Both the position numbers and the translations under genes were made by a program. Source: Lepidodermella squamata (lineage: Eukaryota; Animalia; Gastrotricha). Taken from it: a stretch of DNA of 64,000 bases. Under the pieces are notes generated by a model that was not told the origin of the DNA, ran no database searches, and worked only from the letters and a program-made list of their open reading frames with translations. The stretch is from positions 4,898,001 through 4,962,000 of the forward strand of contig JBLDXI010000024.1 of assembly GCA_047495785.1 (NCBI GenBank), given 5' to 3'. Positions within the stretch are counted from its first letter, which is position 1. Every line of letters starts with the position of its first letter. This document shows, in pieces, positions 61,651 to 64,000 of this stretch.

Positions 61651-63602
61651 GTCGCTATGCCCGAGTGGTTAAGGGGTCTGACTAGAAATCAGATGCGGTC
61701 TCCGCGCGTAGGTTCAAATCCTACTGGCGACGACAGTTATTTTTGCAATATAACGACTGAAAGTCAGTTCTGCAATTAGTCTCCATAATACAGTCCTCGC
61801 ATTCATCAGGCGTCAGTGGTGTAACGGTCAGCATGGTTGCCTTCCAAGCAGCCGATCCGGGTTCGACTCCCGGCTGACGCAAACGTTTTTAGCTCACACG
61901 TTTGAGAGCAGCAAACGCATTGCTAGTGACGAGATGAAAGCTTTCCTTTCCAAAAGCAGCGTTCGAGAGGTCCCATGGTGTAGCGGTTAGCACTCTGGAC
62001 TCTGAATCCAGCGACTCGAGTTCGATTCTCGATGGGACCTTGATCGGTTTTTTCAAACAAACATAGCTGGAACTCAACCGCTGGAAACTTGCGATCATAA
62101 TATTTGTTACCATTCAAACCTTTTCTTTCACTAGCCTAGGGGGCATAGCTCAGTGGTAGAGCGTCTCATTCGCATTGTGAAGGTCTCGGGTTCAATCCCC
62201 GATGCCTCCAGTTGGCACTTTTTTCGCGTAAATGTTGAGAAGTAACAGCCATAATACTGATGATATGAATCGGAAATAAGTCTAAGCATGCGAAAAAAGA
62301 GTGTCAGAAGTGGGGTTCGAACCCACGCCCTCTTTCGAGGACCAGATCTTGAGTCTGGCGCCTTAGACCGCTCGGCCATCCTGACCGTCTGACTGAATAT
62401 TCAATTTGATTCAGATGAACCAGCGCGGGTTCAGCTTCGAGCATGCAATAAACCTCAAATCTTGTATAGGCTATACTTCATGTGACAGGCGCTGTGGCGA
62501 AATGGCTATCGCGTCGGACTTCGGATCCGAAGATTGTGGGTTCGAGTCCCATCAGCGTCGTCCGCTTTTGTATTTTTGTTAGTTTCAGTAGGCTTCTGAA
62601 GCCATTTAAACAAATATTTCGACAACTGCTTGCGTAAATTTAATCTGCCTGCAATCTACCACGCATTTCAAGGGCCTTCCTAGCTCAGTCGGTAGAGCAT
62701 GTGACTTTTAATCACAGGGTCGGGGGTTCGAGTCCCCCGGAGGGCGCAAGCTTTTTCCTCAGTTGCTCGGTTTAGCTGCATTCGGCTGATTTCACCGCTT
62801 CGTCGAATCACTTGCCGTGGCGTTAACTACGAAGGGGGATTAGCTCAAATGGTAGAGCGCTCGCTTAGCATGCGAGAGGTAACGGGATCGACGCCCGTAT
62901 CCTCCACAATTTTTTCTGCCTGTAGAAACGGTTTGTTCGCCGAAATGAGACGTCGTCCCTGAAATTCTAGCTGTCACCTTCGGCTCAGTAGCTTAGTGGT
63001 AGAGCGTCTGCCTAGTAAGCAGAAGATCGAGGGTTCGATCCCCCCCTGAGCCTGGTATTGGGTGAATTTTTTGAAAATAAAGCCACAAAACTTTGCCAGT
63101 CAGTTTTTATGTTGCAGGCGTGGAAATGATAAAAATGTTCCCTGACCGGGAATCGAACCCGGGCCGCCGCGGTGAAAGCGCGGAATCCTAACCACTAGAC
63201 CATCAGGGAGATGATGACAACGAGACCACTGGACGTGGTGTTCATCTGTCATTCAGCGCTTTTCGCAGGTTGTCAAAGGTAAAAATGCGGCGGGCCCGTT
63301 CGGGAATTGAACCCGAGACCTCTCGCACCCGAAGCGAGAATCATACCCCTAGACCAACGGGCCGGTGCTACGCTGCCGCTAGGAAGGCTCTACCTAAGCG
63401 TTCGTAATGACACTTGGGGTTACCAAAAACGTGGGGCACGCCGAGACCCGGGATCGAACCAGGGACCTTTAGATCTTCAGTCTAACGCTCTCCCAACTGA
63501 GCTATCTCGGCTGTTATGTACAGCAGTGGTAAAGTTGATGCTTCGCTAGCTCATTGCAGGCTGTTATAGTTTGATCTAAAAATTGCGCTCCTGGGTGGGC
63601 TC

Positions 63603-63642
<40 letters not shown>

Positions 63643-64000
63643 AATTGCGCCACAGAAGCTCACGGCAGGCAGAACTAGCAGGAGGCTAAGGCCTAACAAC
63701 GATTGGCCAAGGTCTGCGAACTTGGGTCCAGTTCGATGTGCAGTCATTAGAGTAGCGGACGCGATTTTATCCTTTACGGCTTTTGCAGCCGACAAGCTTT
63801 TGTGATACACCAGCTTAACATTACCTCACCCCTCACGCGACCCGCGATAGCTCAGCTGGTAGAGCGGAGGACTGTAGATGCAACGCAGCTATCCTTAGGT
63901 CGGTGGTTCAAGTCCGCCTCGCGGGATCGATGACTTTTTTACAGCTGATGAGCCCGCAGAATCGGTTATTTTCGAGCCTCGAAGAAGCTTTGCCATCTTG
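61651..64000. tRNA. Array unit 5 (cut by the window end): 14 tRNA genes, Ser through Tyr (Tyr 63841-63926)
   Basis: Near-identical repeat. Confidence 0.95.

Larger units (their letters stand above)
48232..64000. repeat. Tandem array of a ~3.37-kb unit with 20 tRNA genes; ~4.7 units visible, continuing past the window end
   Basis: Periods 3366/3357/3375/3369 bp; tRNA-Ser starts at 51550, 54907, 58282, 61651; spurious ORFs recur with the same period. Confidence 0.98.

Noticed and set aside
48422-63549. Recurrent short ORFs (MAERSKAPDS.., MAGNRTLVS.., etc.) in the array and orphan blocks
   Set aside because: Translations of tRNA genes and spacers, not proteins.
48232-64000. CRISPR-like or satellite interpretation of the periodic region
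   Set aside because: The period is 3.37 kb with invariant spacers and the content is tRNA genes.

Overview
Animal (invertebrate-type) genomic DNA with spliceosomal introns. Protein genes: a multi-exon group II-like metabotropic glutamate receptor (893-9593,+); two duplicated GPI-anchored Ly6/three-finger genes (-); ALDH7A1 (-); a Cys-loop ligand-gated ion channel with an N-terminal L-type-lectin-like domain (+); NPC2 (-); and a calponin with a CH domain and 7 repeats (-). Mobile DNA: an apparently intact 4.3-kb ISL2EU-type (PIF/Harbinger-related) transposon (THAP-DDE transposase plus SWIM-YqaJ exonuclease) and several MITEs. From 48.2 kb to the window end lies a tandem array of a ~3.37-kb unit carrying 20 different tRNA genes (~93 complete copies in view). 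Three inverted fragments of the same unit lie at 9.9-11.0, 19.3-20.1 and 33.8-34.5 kb, interleaved with the protein genes. Best leads: (1) an unannotated ~435-nt, strongly strand-biased structured RNA-like element at 47060-47494(-) with a CCAAT box upstream; (2) the 20-tRNA repeat unit and its collinear gene-interrupted relics; (3) the lectin-pLGIC fusion; (4) candidate cassette exons and microexons in the mGluR intracellular loop 2 and C-tail. Exon structures and helices were read by hand; no database searches or folding programs were run.
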